Notes under the pieces: model-generated
What the model saw: the letters and a program-made list of their open reading frames with translations, nothing else
Databases searched by the model: none
What the model was told of the DNA's origin: nothing
Program-made: the position numbers and the translations under genes
Assembly (NCBI GenBank): GCA_965220345.1
Contig: OZ244822.1
Coordinates: 1,222,669-1,286,668 of the forward strand
DNA length: 64,000 nt
DNA from: Candidatus Aldehydirespirator sp.
GTDB taxonomy: Bacteria > Actinomycetota > Acidimicrobiia > Acidimicrobiales > Aldehydirespiratoraceae
Direction: 5' to 3'
Shown: in pieces, positions 1 to 9,392 of the stretch
Numbering within the stretch: position 1 is the stretch's first letter
How the letters are laid out: every line of letters starts with the position of its first letter

Positions 1-119
1 CGGTGTTTTCCGATGCGTTGTGGCCCTTCTCGCTCGGCGTTGCGCAAGATCTGCGACAGTTTTGACTTTGCATCGGCAACCGTCCAAGGAGCCTGAGTGC
101 TGACTGATTCTGAATCCAT
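1..119 (-). CDS. Phd/YefM-type antitoxin, N-terminal part only (gene runs off the window start)
   Basis: Absent from the ORF track because it is truncated. The reverse strand from the ATG at 119 reads MDSESVSTQAPWTVADAKSKLSQILRNAEREGPQRIGKH. The W-T-V-x-x-A-K-x-x-L-S-x-I-L pattern is typical of prevent-host-death antitoxin N-termini. Confidence 0.45.
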   Translation of the reverse strand, partial: MDSESVSTQAPWTVADAKSKLSQILRNAEREGPQRIGKH

Positions 120-165
120 GGCGACTGATTCCTTTCTTCTTTGCTCGTGACTTGATGTGAGTATT

Positions 166-179
166 ATATACTAGTATAT
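166..179. promoter_or_regulatory. Perfect 14-bp palindrome ATATACTAGTATAT in an AT-rich divergent promoter region; candidate antitoxin operator
   Basis: Read directly from the sequence. It lies 47 bp upstream of the reverse-strand antitoxin start, in the only AT-rich patch of this intergenic region. Confidence 0.35.
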
Positions 180-323
180 TCTAGTCTACTTGTGGCATCA
201 AGAACCCATGGACATCAAAACGCAGGGTTGCTGTCGACTGCCGATTCGCTCGGCTCTGAAGGTCGTGCGTTCTGATAGGAAATATCTGACAGGAGGCGGG
301 GTTTGCTCCAATAGCCTGACCGT

Positions 324-770
324 GTGTCGTCGGGAACCGCTACGTGGCAACGACTGAGAGCCGAACATGGGCTCAAGGCTCTGCGCTACTGCGCCGTGTC
401 GGTGATCAATGTGGGTATCGGCAGCAGTGTCCTAGCGATCTGCCACGCCGTGTTCGGCTGGTCAGCAATAGTGGCAAACCTCGCCGCCTGGCTGGTAGGA
501 ACCGTACCTGCGTATTTGATGAGCAGAGCCTGGGTATGGCAGCGCAGCGGCCCGCACCGATTAGGCGGCGAAGTGCTTAGCTTCTGGGTGATGGCGCTTG
601 TCGGACTAACAGTATCGTCGTTGGCGGTGTCGATAATTGAGCGAATCACTGACGCAACCGCGCTGTTGGTGGCTGGCAGTCTCACCGCCTACGGGATTGT
701 TTGGGTAGCCAGATACGTTTTTTTAGATCAGGTGATTTGGGGTGCAATGGTCGAAAGCAAAGATGGATGA
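324..770 (+). CDS. GtrA-like small integral membrane protein
   Basis: 148 aa with a GTG start and four predicted hydrophobic helices. It has the YCAVSVINVGIGSSVL N-terminal and ARYVFLDQVIW C-terminal patterns typical of the GtrA family. Its end overlaps the next gene by 8 nt. Confidence 0.65.
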   Translation: MSSGTATWQRLRAEHGLKALRYCAVSVINVGIGSSVLAICHAVFGWSAIVANLAAWLVGTVPAYLMSRAWVWQRSGPHRLGGEVLSFWVMALVGLTVSSLAVSIIERITDATALLVAGSLTAYGIVWVARYVFLDQVIWGAMVESKDG

Positions 771-1398
771 GCGGCTCCTTCGGGCGGCTGAAACCGCTCG
801 GGGTTTCATGCCCGCCGCTGAAGGACTAGCCCTGTATGAGGCTGCGGCCAGCCTTGAAGTGGCAGGTCCTCTTTTGGAGGTAGGCAGCTACTGCGGCAAA
901 TCCGCTTTGTATCTCGGTGCCGCCGCGCAACAATCAGAACGAGTGCTGTTCTGCGTGGATCATCATCGCGGCTCCGAAGAGAACCAGCCCGGCTGGGAGC
1001 ATCACGACCCTGAAGTGGTTGACCCTGAACTTGGGGTGATCGACACGCTGCCGTTCTTTCGTCGAACCATCAACACGGCCAAGCTCGAAAAGACAGTGGT
1101 AGCAGTAGTGGGAGACTCGACGACCGTGGCAGCGCTATGGGGAACCCCTCTGGCAATGGTGTTCATTGACGGAGGCCACGGCAGCGTGCCAGCTCACAGC
1201 GATTATGAAAGCTGGTCACCACATGTGACGCTCGGTGGGATTTTGGCGATACACGATGTGTTCGATGATCCCGCCGACGGAGGGCGGCCACCCTATGAGA
1301 TCTGGTGTCGTGCCCTTGACAGAGGCTGTTTTCAGCAGCAGGCAGCCGTCGGTTCGCTGCGAGTTCTCAAGCGTGTCGCTGGAGCTAGTCATGGCTGA
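763..1398 (+). CDS. Class I SAM-dependent methyltransferase (O-methyltransferase-like)
   Basis: Carries the LLEVGSYCGKSALYLG glycine-rich SAM loop, then VFIDGGH and ILAIHDV strands. ATG at 763 is preferred over GTG at 742. Confidence 0.7.
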   Translation: MDERLLRAAETARGFMPAAEGLALYEAAASLEVAGPLLEVGSYCGKSALYLGAAAQQSERVLFCVDHHRGSEENQPGWEHHDPEVVDPELGVIDTLPFFRRTINTAKLEKTVVAVVGDSTTVAALWGTPLAMVFIDGGHGSVPAHSDYESWSPHVTLGGILAIHDVFDDPADGGRPPYEIWCRALDRGCFQQQAAVGSLRVLKRVAGASHG

Positions 1399-2596
1399 AC
1401 AGCCGCGGGGTCCCCGATGCTTGAGGCGGCACAGTTGGCGCTTAAGGCGACACAATTGGCGCTTGATTCTGGCTACTGCAGCGGTGTTGACCATGCTGAT
1501 AGTCGGATGCGCCGGTGGTTCCTCCACAAGCCGTGATGCTGCGTCTGGCAACGGTGCTGAAGCAGTGCCAACATCTTCCTCCTTGACATCGCCTGATTTG
1601 GCTTCCCCTGTCTCGGCTCCTCCTGCTGCGTCCTCTTCGTCCACCGTGGTTGTGACCACTACGACTGTCTCTGCGACTGACTCCCGCTCCTCACAGAGGG
1701 CTTCATCCTCAAGCGATACAGCAGCATCACCACAGGGCAAGGGCAGCATGCGCGGTATCAAAGATCACGAGAGCGGTGTGTTGGGGATTGACACACAAAA
1801 GTCAAGCGCTCAAGACGGTGAAGCCACAGTGACGGAGCCGGATGTATCAACCGACGACGAGTCCTTCTTGACGCTAATTTCAGAAGGCAATCAGACGATT
1901 GATATTGAAGAAATTGATGCAGCAGTTCCAGGGGTTGAACTCGTCGCCTCCACCACAACAACAGCACCGGCTGCTACCACAACCGCCAGCACCACTGTCC
2001 CGACCGCCACGCCAGCAAGCCCACCTCCCAAGTCGAGACCCGACGGCGAAGCGGTTTATTTCACTTTCGATGACGGCCCTAACCCCGTTTACACCCCGCA
2101 AGTGCTTGATATTCTGTCCCGTTACGGTGTGCGGGCGACGTTTTTTGTGATCGGGAGATTGGTGGAGGTCTATCCCGAGATTATCGAGCGCATCATCGCT
2201 GAAGGGCACACAGTCGCCAATCACACATGGAACCATGAATCGCTGGCAGGTCTGTCTCGAGCGGAGTTTGATCAGACCGTCGGCGCGGCTCAAGCTGCCC
2301 TCGGCGAGCACGCCACGCCCTGCATACGCCCCCCCTACGCCGCAACGGATGCCTTTACCAGAGAATGGTCTGCTGACCATGGGCTGGTTTTGCATATGTG
2401 GTCAGTGTCGCCTAGCGACTGGTTGCAGACACCAGCCGAAGAGATGGCTGAATACATGTTGAAGCGGATCCGACCCGGTTCGGTGGTGCTGCTGCATGAC
2501 GGCGGCGGCCCCCGCACCGAAACCGTGAAAGCTTTGGAACTGACCCTAGAGCAGCTCGAGGAACACAACTTCCGCTACGAGCCTCTCTGTATTTGA
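1391..2596 (+). CDS. Lipoprotein polysaccharide deacetylase (NodB homology domain)
   Basis: The internal ATG at 1391 gives a lipobox (LIVGCAGG) and forms an ATGGCTGA overlap with the upstream stop. A Ser/Thr/Pro linker is followed by FTFDDGP, HTVANHTWNH and LLHDGGG, the NodB catalytic motifs. Confidence 0.85.
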   Translation: MAEQPRGPRCLRRHSWRLRRHNWRLILATAAVLTMLIVGCAGGSSTSRDAASGNGAEAVPTSSSLTSPDLASPVSAPPAASSSSTVVVTTTTVSATDSRSSQRASSSSDTAASPQGKGSMRGIKDHESGVLGIDTQKSSAQDGEATVTEPDVSTDDESFLTLISEGNQTIDIEEIDAAVPGVELVASTTTTAPAATTTASTTVPTATPASPPPKSRPDGEAVYFTFDDGPNPVYTPQVLDILSRYGVRATFFVIGRLVEVYPEIIERIIAEGHTVANHTWNHESLAGLSRAEFDQTVGAAQAALGEHATPCIRPPYAATDAFTREWSADHGLVLHMWSVSPSDWLQTPAEEMAEYMLKRIRPGSVVLLHDGGGPRTETVKALELTLEQLEEHNFRYEPLCI

Positions 2597-2624
2597 GCGA
2601 TCTGGCCTCTCTGGCTGCTGTCGG

Positions 2625-2800
2625 ATCGGCTTGGCGTGCTACGATGCTGCCCGCCGACAGGCAGCGAAGCCGGTTAGAACCCGGGACTGTCCCGCAGCGG
2701 TGATGCTTGCCAGCTTCAGGCTGGTGAGACGAGTCCGATCGCCTGGCTGCCGGTTTTAAGGACCGACCCTCGAGGCAAGGGAAGGCCTGTGCGGTGGCGA
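2625..2800 (+). promoter_or_regulatory. Cobalamin (B12) riboswitch
   Basis: GCGAAGCCGGTTAGAACCCGGGACTGTCCCGCAGCGGTGA matches the conserved core (GAAnCCGGTgaGAAtCCGGnnCnGnCCCGCnaCnGT). A B12-box-like AGTCCGATCGCCTGGC lies downstream. The element sits directly 5' of a B12-type ABC importer and cob salvage genes. Boundaries are approximate. Confidence 0.7.
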
Positions 2801-2845
2801 TCCCGCTGCTCGGCCCTGAACTCGAGCAGAAGGGAGACCCCACAC

Positions 2846-4051
2846 ATGACTTTCAATCCTGACCGCAACAAAACGAACCGTTTTGCGGGACTCTTGGCGA
2901 GCCGCGTTGCGAGCCGCCAGAGAGTTCGATTCTCTAGAAAAGCGCTTGCACTGTTCGCGTTTTTGGCTGTGCTGTCACTAGCTGCGGGTTGCGGCGACGA
3001 CGACGGCAGCGACACGAGCGATCAAGCTTCTGTCACTACTACCACAACCTCAGCGACTGCCGCGCCAGCCGCAGACGAAAACGAAGGCGGAACCGCAGAA
3101 ACAACCACTTCAACCACAACAACAGTAGCAGCAACTTCTTCAACCACTACAACAGAGGCTTCGACACTTACCACAACGACGGCAGCGGCGACACCAACAA
3201 CCACAACAACACCAGCAACCACCACAACACCAGCAACCACCACAACCTCTGCGGCTGTCGATGCTGCTGATCCGATGGTCAAGCGGATTGTCTCGATCTC
3301 GCCGACAGCAACCGAAATGGCTTTCGCAATCGGGGCAGGCGACTTCATTGTGGCGGTCGACCAGTATTCGTATTATCCCGATGAAGCCCCTGTCACCGAC
3401 CTTGACGGTTGGAGCCCCAATATCGAAGCCATTGCCTCCTATGAGCCGGATCTAGTGCTAATGCAAACCAGCCCTGAAGTTGGTGAGAGCCTTGAAGCCT
3501 TAGGCATTGAGGTTTGGGCTCACAACGCGCCGGTCACCTTTGAAGACGTATATCAGCAGATTGAACAACTCGGAGAAACAGTCGGTTTGACAGACGAAGC
3601 TGTATCGCTGAACGCAGAGATCAGATCACAGATCAACGAACTAGTTGCAGCCGCCCCTGATGCTTCGGGGCTTAGTTATTACCACGAACTAGACAACACG
3701 CTTTATACGGTAACTAGCGGCACTTTCGTGGGCGAGGTTTACAAACTGTTTGGCCTTGAGAATGTGGCTGATCCGGCCGACTCTGACGGTAGTTCTTTCG
3801 GGTATCCGCAGCTCAGTGACGAGTATCTGGTCAACGCCAATCCTGATCTGATCTTTTTGGCTGACACTGTGTGCTGCGGTCAGAACGCTCAGACAGTCGC
3901 CGCAAGGCCCGGCTGGGACCAGCTCACAGCAGTTCAGAACGGTCGCATTGTGGAACTCAACGACGACATCGCCTCACGCTGGGGGCCTCGCCTAGTGGAG
4001 TTCATTGCAGCCATATCCGAAGCTCTGGTGTCTCTTGATGCCGCCGCCTGA
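2846..4051 (+). CDS. ABC transporter substrate-binding lipoprotein, BtuF/FecB (cobalamin/siderophore) class
   Basis: ATG at 2846, lipobox LSLAAGCGDDD and a ~90-aa Thr-rich linker. The periplasmic-binding fold follows (RIVSISPTATEMAFAIGAGD, PDLVL, PDLIFLAD). It is under the B12 riboswitch. Confidence 0.8.
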   Translation: MTFNPDRNKTNRFAGLLASRVASRQRVRFSRKALALFAFLAVLSLAAGCGDDDGSDTSDQASVTTTTTSATAAPAADENEGGTAETTTSTTTTVAATSSTTTTEASTLTTTTAAATPTTTTTPATTTTPATTTTSAAVDAADPMVKRIVSISPTATEMAFAIGAGDFIVAVDQYSYYPDEAPVTDLDGWSPNIEAIASYEPDLVLMQTSPEVGESLEALGIEVWAHNAPVTFEDVYQQIEQLGETVGLTDEAVSLNAEIRSQINELVAAAPDASGLSYYHELDNTLYTVTSGTFVGEVYKLFGLENVADPADSDGSSFGYPQLSDEYLVNANPDLIFLADTVCCGQNAQTVAARPGWDQLTAVQNGRIVELNDDIASRWGPRLVEFIAAISEALVSLDAAA

Positions 4052-4133
4052 ATCATCTCACATCCAAACGAGTCATCTCGCATATAAGCGTTGCCGGTTT
4101 GACCATTCTTGAACGAGACACTGGAGCGCTGAT

Positions 4134-5237
4134 TTGAGCACCCGTTTGAGTACTGCTGAGGCTGCTGGGACTGCCACGCCTGACCCACCTGTTGCGGCAG
4201 CGAACCTGCATTCGTCAGGTCTAACACTTGGCGCTGTCGTGACCGCAGTAGCGGCAGTCGTGGTTGCTGCTGGCGCTGGCTTGGCTGTCGGTCCCGTAGA
4301 TATTGCGCCTCATCGGGTGGGATTGCAGCTACTTGACGCTTTGCCCGTAGTTTCGCTCGACTCAGGACTCAGCAGCATCCACATTGCTATTGTCGAACAG
4401 ATTCGGTTGCCTCGGGTTGCACTCGGTTTGCTGGTCGGGGCCACCCTGTCGATGAGCGGGGCTGCCTATCAAGGGGCTTTCCGCAACCCTCTGGCTGATC
4501 CCTACCTGCTCGGGATTGCCGCTGGTGCCGGACTCGGTGCCACTATCGCCATCACTAGCAATCTCGGTGACGGTGCCGGAGTGCTCGATCCGGTACCTAT
4601 GGCCGCTTTTGCGGGTGCGCTGGTGTCGGTTGCAGTGTCGTATCTGGTGGGTCACATCGGTGGACGATCAACAGCTTCGCTGATCCTGGCAGGCATAGCA
4701 GTTGCCAGCTTCCTGACGGCTTGCCAGACCTATGTGCTACAAGCCAACAGCGATGCTTTCCGGCAGATCTTCTCATGGATTCTGGGCCGTATCGCTACTT
4801 CGGGATGGTCCGAGTCAGCGTTGCTGTTGCCGTATTTCGTGGTTACTGCAGCGGTGCTGCTGCGTTATCGTCGGGCGCTTGACGTGCTGTCGGTAGGAGA
4901 CGAAGAAGCCGCAGCGCTGGGAATCGCACCCAGGCGAGTGAGGCTGATAGTGGTGCTGGCTGCTTCGCTGGGGGCGGCTGCGGCAGTGTCGGTGAGTGGC
5001 CTGATTGGCTTTGTAGGCATCATCGTTCCTCATGGCGTGCGGCTCGCTTTTGGTGCCAGCAATCGGGTAGTGCTGCCGCTGTCGATGCTCTTTGGAGCAG
5101 CTTTCATGGTGCTGGCTGATCTGGCGGCTCGAACTGTGCTGGCACCCGCGGAACTGCCTATCGGTGTGGTGACCGCTTTTTTGGGGGCACCCTTGTTTGC
5201 TTTGGTGCTGCGAACCAGCCGACGGGAGATCTGGTGA
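4134..5237 (+). CDS. FecCD/BtuC-family ABC permease
   Basis: Polytopic membrane protein with the C-terminal IGVVTAFLGAPLFALVLR signature of the FecCD family. Its end overlaps the ATPase gene by 4 nt. Confidence 0.85.
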   Translation: MSTRLSTAEAAGTATPDPPVAAANLHSSGLTLGAVVTAVAAVVVAAGAGLAVGPVDIAPHRVGLQLLDALPVVSLDSGLSSIHIAIVEQIRLPRVALGLLVGATLSMSGAAYQGAFRNPLADPYLLGIAAGAGLGATIAITSNLGDGAGVLDPVPMAAFAGALVSVAVSYLVGHIGGRSTASLILAGIAVASFLTACQTYVLQANSDAFRQIFSWILGRIATSGWSESALLLPYFVVTAAVLLRYRRALDVLSVGDEEAAALGIAPRRVRLIVVLAASLGAAAAVSVSGLIGFVGIIVPHGVRLAFGASNRVVLPLSMLFGAAFMVLADLAARTVLAPAELPIGVVTAFLGAPLFALVLRTSRREIW

Positions 5238-6061
5238 GCCCGGCGGTGGCGCTGCAGGCGCTGGAGGTGAGCCTTGACGACACGCCGGTGCTGCGAGGAG
5301 TGAACCTTGAAGCAGCGACAGGCGAATGGGTCAACATTGTTGGCCCGAATGGCGCTGGCAAGACCACGTTGCTGCGAGCTTTGCTGGGTTTGGTGTCTTA
5401 CCGTGGCGATATCACCGTGGCCGGGCTTGCGGGCCGACGGCATCGCCAAGCCCATGCTCGCAAACTTGCATACGTGCCTCAATCACCGGTAGTTCCGCCG
5501 GGTATGAAAGTGAGCGATTATGTGCTGCTAGGTCGGGTGCCGCACCGAGGGGTTTTCGCTGGTGAAACCCCTGAAGACATACGTGTCGTGGGCGAAACCC
5601 TGGCTCGCCTCGATTTGGGCGGGTTTGCTGAGCGCACGGTTCAGTCACTTTCGGGTGGTGAACGTCAACGGGTGGTGATAGCACGGGCGTTAGCTCAGCA
5701 GGCTGACGTTTTGTTGCTAGATGAGCCTACTACAGCGCTTGATCTCGGACACCAGCAGGAGGTGCTTGATCTAGTGGACGCTTTGCGTTGTGAGCGTGAT
5801 CTGACTGTGATCGCAACCCTGCACGATCTGACTCTGGCAGCTCGTTACGGTGACCGAGTTGCCATAATTTCAAAAGGTTGTGTTGCTGTGACCGGCCCGC
5901 CCGCAGAAGTGCTGACCACTGACAATATTTCTGCTCACTTCGGGGCGACCGTGCGGATCATCAACGACCCTGAGGGTCCCGTGATCGTGCCTGCAACCCA
6001 CTCAAGGCGTGCGCTTCAAGTGCCTAACAAGCTGGAGTCTCACAATGGAGGACCACAATGA
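5234..6061 (+). CDS. ABC transporter ATP-binding protein (BtuD/FecE-like)
   Basis: Walker A GPNGAGKTT, signature LSGGERQR and Walker B LLLDEPT. Confidence 0.9.
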   Translation: MSPAVALQALEVSLDDTPVLRGVNLEAATGEWVNIVGPNGAGKTTLLRALLGLVSYRGDITVAGLAGRRHRQAHARKLAYVPQSPVVPPGMKVSDYVLLGRVPHRGVFAGETPEDIRVVGETLARLDLGGFAERTVQSLSGGERQRVVIARALAQQADVLLLDEPTTALDLGHQQEVLDLVDALRCERDLTVIATLHDLTLAARYGDRVAIISKGCVAVTGPPAEVLTTDNISAHFGATVRIINDPEGPVIVPATHSRRALQVPNKLESHNGGPQ

Positions 6062-6702
6062 CCAACACTGACAACCCGAGCGGTATTGACAGCCCGAATA
6101 ATGCTGACACTCTGAGCAACGCTGACACTCCGCCGAACAATGACAGCCCGCCGGAGTCGGATCCCCGACCTAGCGGGATGCGCAACACCAAGAGCCTGAT
6201 AGTGGTCAACACCGGCGACGGCAAAGGCAAATCTTCGGCTGCATTCGGCACAGTGATGCGTGCCAGGGCTCGAGGCTGGCCGGTGGCGGTGGTGCAGTTC
6301 CTGAAATCCCCCGACTGGGTGACCGGTGAGCAGTTGATGGCCGAGCCGCTGGGAGTCGATTTCTGGTCTTTGGGGGAGGGGTTTACTTGGGACAGCGACG
6401 ACTTGACTCGCGACGAAGCCGAAGCTCGTGAGGCCTGGAAGCACGGCAAAGCGCTGGTGGAGGCAGGGCAGCATCGGTTGGTGGTGTTTGATGAGATCAC
6501 CTACCCGTTGAACTGGGGCTGGATCGACTCGGCCGAGGTGGAAGCAACTTTTCGTGATCGTCCTGAGCAGGTGTCGCTGGTGCTTACTGGACGTGACGCG
6601 CCAGAGTGGATGATCGAACTGGCCGACACTGCCACCGAAATGGTCAAAACCAAACACGCTTACGAGGCCGGGGTCTTAGCCAAAAAAGGCATCGACTACT
6701 GA
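6058..6702 (+). CDS. cobO: Cob(I)yrinic acid a,c-diamide / cob(I)alamin adenosyltransferase
   Basis: NTGDGKGKSSAAFG P-loop followed by VVQFLKS and VVFDEITY, the CobO/BtuR pattern. A low-complexity N-terminal extension is present. Confidence 0.85.
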   Translation: MTNTDNPSGIDSPNNADTLSNADTPPNNDSPPESDPRPSGMRNTKSLIVVNTGDGKGKSSAAFGTVMRARARGWPVAVVQFLKSPDWVTGEQLMAEPLGVDFWSLGEGFTWDSDDLTRDEAEAREAWKHGKALVEAGQHRLVVFDEITYPLNWGWIDSAEVEATFRDRPEQVSLVLTGRDAPEWMIELADTATEMVKTKHAYEAGVLAKKGIDY

Positions 6703-6781
6703 GCTGGGTAAGCGCCGCAAGCCAAACCCAAGAGCAGACCAAGCACACGAGCGAAACAACAACGGGAACTAACACGCAGCG

Positions 6782-7492
6782 ATGGTGCTAACAGTGTTCA
6801 CTGGAGGGGCTCGCTCAGGCAAGTCGTCTGCCGCGGTTTCGGTGGCTGCGGCTTCGGGCGCGCCTGTGACATTCGTCGCTACCGCAGAACCCGGCGACGA
6901 AGAAATGATCGCAAGAATTGCACAACATCGAGCTCAGCGGCCATCGCATTGGGTCACCGTGGAAGCGCCTCATGATCTGGCCGCAGCCGTTGACGGGATT
7001 GATCCAGCGGACACGGTCGTGATCGACTGTTTGGCGATCTGGGCATCCAACCGGCTGCTCGCACAGCGCAGCGGTGATTCGGCTGCGGCTGCTGAACAGT
7101 CTGTGTCTGGCTGGGTTTCAGATCCCCAAGGCTCTGACAGCCAAACTTTAGATGGTCGGGGATCGGACGGGATCGTTGCAGATGCCGCTCGGTTGGCGCA
7201 GAGCCTGTCTGAGCGGCGTGGTCAGGCTGTGGTGGTCACTAATGAGGTCGGTTCGGGAATAGTGCCAGCTACGCCTCTGGGACGTGAGTTTCGTGACTTG
7301 CTGGGCGCGGTTAATCAGGCAGTGGTGAAAGCTGCTGATAGCGCTTATCTGGTGGTTGCTGGCCGCTTGCTGGCTCTGGCGGATCCCGCAGAGAGCCTGC
7401 GCTCTGATACCGCAAAGAGCTTGCGTTCTGATCTGACACAAAGACCGCATCCGACACAGGAAAAGACACAGATTAAGGAAGCAGAGCAATGA
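6782..7492 (+). CDS. cobU: Adenosylcobinamide kinase / adenosylcobinamide-phosphate guanylyltransferase
   Basis: GGARSGKSS P-loop, FVATAEPGDEEMIARIAQHRAQRP and a VVTNEVGSGIVP tail, matching the CobU/CobP pattern. It also has an internal low-complexity insert and a C-terminal extension. Confidence 0.8.
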   Translation: MVLTVFTGGARSGKSSAAVSVAAASGAPVTFVATAEPGDEEMIARIAQHRAQRPSHWVTVEAPHDLAAAVDGIDPADTVVIDCLAIWASNRLLAQRSGDSAAAAEQSVSGWVSDPQGSDSQTLDGRGSDGIVADAARLAQSLSERRGQAVVVTNEVGSGIVPATPLGREFRDLLGAVNQAVVKAADSAYLVVAGRLLALADPAESLRSDTAKSLRSDLTQRPHPTQEKTQIKEAEQ

Positions 7493-8562
7493 ACGCAACG
7501 AGTGCCACGAACGGAACGGATGGATCACAGGGACAACTATCACAGGGAAACTCCCAGTCGTTGACTCATGCGCCCGGTGAGTTATTGGCGGCGTTGCTGC
7601 AACATCAGTGCCACCCCGACGCATCGGCTAGCGCTGAAGTGACAACCCGAGCAGCCAATGTGTTGCGCCCAACAGGGGCTTTCGCTCGCCTTGATGCTGT
7701 GGCTGGATGGTTGGCGGGCTGGCAGGCCACCACCAAACCGCAAGTGCAGCAACCGCATGTGATCGTGTTCGGTGCCGACCACGGCGTGGCCTCCGAAGGG
7801 GTTAGTGCATACCCGCAGGAGGTGACCGCAGCCATCGCCGCCGCTATCGAAGCTGGTGTTGCCACAGTGTCGGTGCTGGCTCGTCATGTTGGTGCAGCTC
7901 TTGACATGGTGGATGTGGGGATCGGTCGCCCCACCGCCAATATTCGTTTCAGTGATGCCATGAGCCTCGAAGAGTTCGACGAAGCAGTGTCAGCCGGTGC
8001 CGACGCGGTTGCCGCTATCGACTCTGATTTGTTGATTGTCGGCGAGATCGGTATTGCCAACACCACCTCAGCCGCTGCGGTTGTTTCGGCAGTTCTCGGT
8101 GGTGTTGTTGATGACTGGGTAGGCCCGGGCACCGGTTTGGCAGGCAGTGCCTTGACTCATAAGCGTGATGTGGTGGCTGAAGCTCTTGATCGGGTGGGCG
8201 AAGTCACGCCGTTGCAGGCTTTGCGGTGCCTCGGGGGTCGTGAACTAGCCGCCATGGCTGGTGCCGTCGCCGCAGCCCGGTGTCGGAGTTTGCCGGTAGT
8301 GCTTGACGGCTTCATCGCTACCGCAGCGGTTGCGCCTTTGGCGGTGGCGGCACCTGGCAGTCTTGATCATTGTGTGGCCGGGCACTGCTCGGCTGAGCCG
8401 GGGCATCAACGAGCCTTGCGAGCTTTGGGGCTTGATCCGTTGATGCAACTCGATTTGCGGCTCGGTGAAGGGTCGGGGGCGTTGCTGGCTGTTCCCATGA
8501 TCGCTATGGCTGCGGCTTGCGTGACCGAAGTAGCAACCTTCGACGAATGGGGCTTGGGCTAG
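7489..8562 (+). CDS. cobT: Nicotinate-nucleotide--dimethylbenzimidazole phosphoribosyltransferase
   Basis: FGADHGV, GEIGIANTT and RLGEGSGA motifs. Its start overlaps cobU by 4 nt. Confidence 0.85.
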   Translation: MNATSATNGTDGSQGQLSQGNSQSLTHAPGELLAALLQHQCHPDASASAEVTTRAANVLRPTGAFARLDAVAGWLAGWQATTKPQVQQPHVIVFGADHGVASEGVSAYPQEVTAAIAAAIEAGVATVSVLARHVGAALDMVDVGIGRPTANIRFSDAMSLEEFDEAVSAGADAVAAIDSDLLIVGEIGIANTTSAAAVVSAVLGGVVDDWVGPGTGLAGSALTHKRDVVAEALDRVGEVTPLQALRCLGGRELAAMAGAVAAARCRSLPVVLDGFIATAAVAPLAVAAPGSLDHCVAGHCSAEPGHQRALRALGLDPLMQLDLRLGEGSGALLAVPMIAMAAACVTEVATFDEWGLG

Positions 8563-8645
8563 TGAGCCTGACTGCGCGCCTGATAGTGAACCTGACTGTG
8601 CGCTGGATTGCGCGCTTTGAACGCTGGCTGATTGCGGAGGCTTAG

Positions 8646-9392
8646 ATGGGCTTGCTTGAGGCTTGGGCGTTTCTTACCCGCCTTCCTGGAGGTCGGCATC
8701 CTAAGTCGGATCAAGAACTGGGTCGCAGCGTTGGCTGGTTCCCGCTGGTGGGTGCTGTAATCGGTGCGCTTTCAGGCGCTGTTTACTGGGGTCTGCACAG
8801 CCCGCTTGGTGCCGTGCTGGCGGCGGTGACCGCAGTTGCTGTAAGCATCATCGTTACTGGCGCTTTCCATGAGGACGGGCTTGCTGACACTGCTGATGCC
8901 CTGGGGGGCACCACCCGCGAGCAGCGCCTAGAGATAATGAAAGACTCACGGGTAGGCACTTTTGGTGTGCTTGCGCTAGTGGTATCGGTGCTAGTGCGGG
9001 TTTTTGCTGTGTCGTCGCTGAGCGCGGTTGACGGACTTCTCGCGTTGCTGCTCGCCCATATGGTCGGGCGTGCCGGGGCTGTGGCCGCGATGAGCGCAAC
9101 CCCAGCAGTTACCGGCAGCGGCTTAGGGCACAGTTATGCAGCGCATCGGCTGCCGCTGCCGAGTACGGTCGCAGTTGTAGCGGTATCAGCGTTGACTGTC
9201 AGCCTCGGGCCGACCGGTGCCGCAGCACTTGCGGTGGCGTTTCTGGCTGTGGTTGCGGTTTGGTGGAAAGCCAAGCGAGCTTTCGGAGGCATTACCGGCG
9301 ATGTCTTAGGCGCAGCCGAACAACTAGGCGAGATGTCCGTGCTAGTAGTAGCAGCCAGCTTAGTAAAAACTCAAGGCTGGCTCTGGCTCTAA
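8646..9392 (+). CDS. cobS: Adenosylcobinamide-GDP ribazoletransferase (cobalamin synthase)
   Basis: Polytopic membrane protein with FLTRLP, FHEDGLADTADALGG and GGITGDVLGA motifs. Confidence 0.8.
   Translation: MGLLEAWAFLTRLPGGRHPKSDQELGRSVGWFPLVGAVIGALSGAVYWGLHSPLGAVLAAVTAVAVSIIVTGAFHEDGLADTADALGGTTREQRLEIMKDSRVGTFGVLALVVSVLVRVFAVSSLSAVDGLLALLLAHMVGRAGAVAAMSATPAVTGSGLGHSYAAHRLPLPSTVAVVAVSALTVSLGPTGAAALAVAFLAVVAVWWKAKRAFGGITGDVLGAAEQLGEMSVLVVAASLVKTQGWLWL

Noticed and set aside
1216-2843. Minus-strand ORFs 1216..1761, 1880..2395 and 2412..2843
   Set aside because: They are antisense to the methyltransferase and deacetylase genes or run across the riboswitch. Their composition is biased and they have no motifs.
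3040-3260. Apparent ACC/ACA-rich microsatellite
   Set aside because: It is in frame within the BtuF-like gene and encodes a Thr/Ala/Pro linker after the lipobox. Similar linkers occur in the deacetylase lipoprotein.
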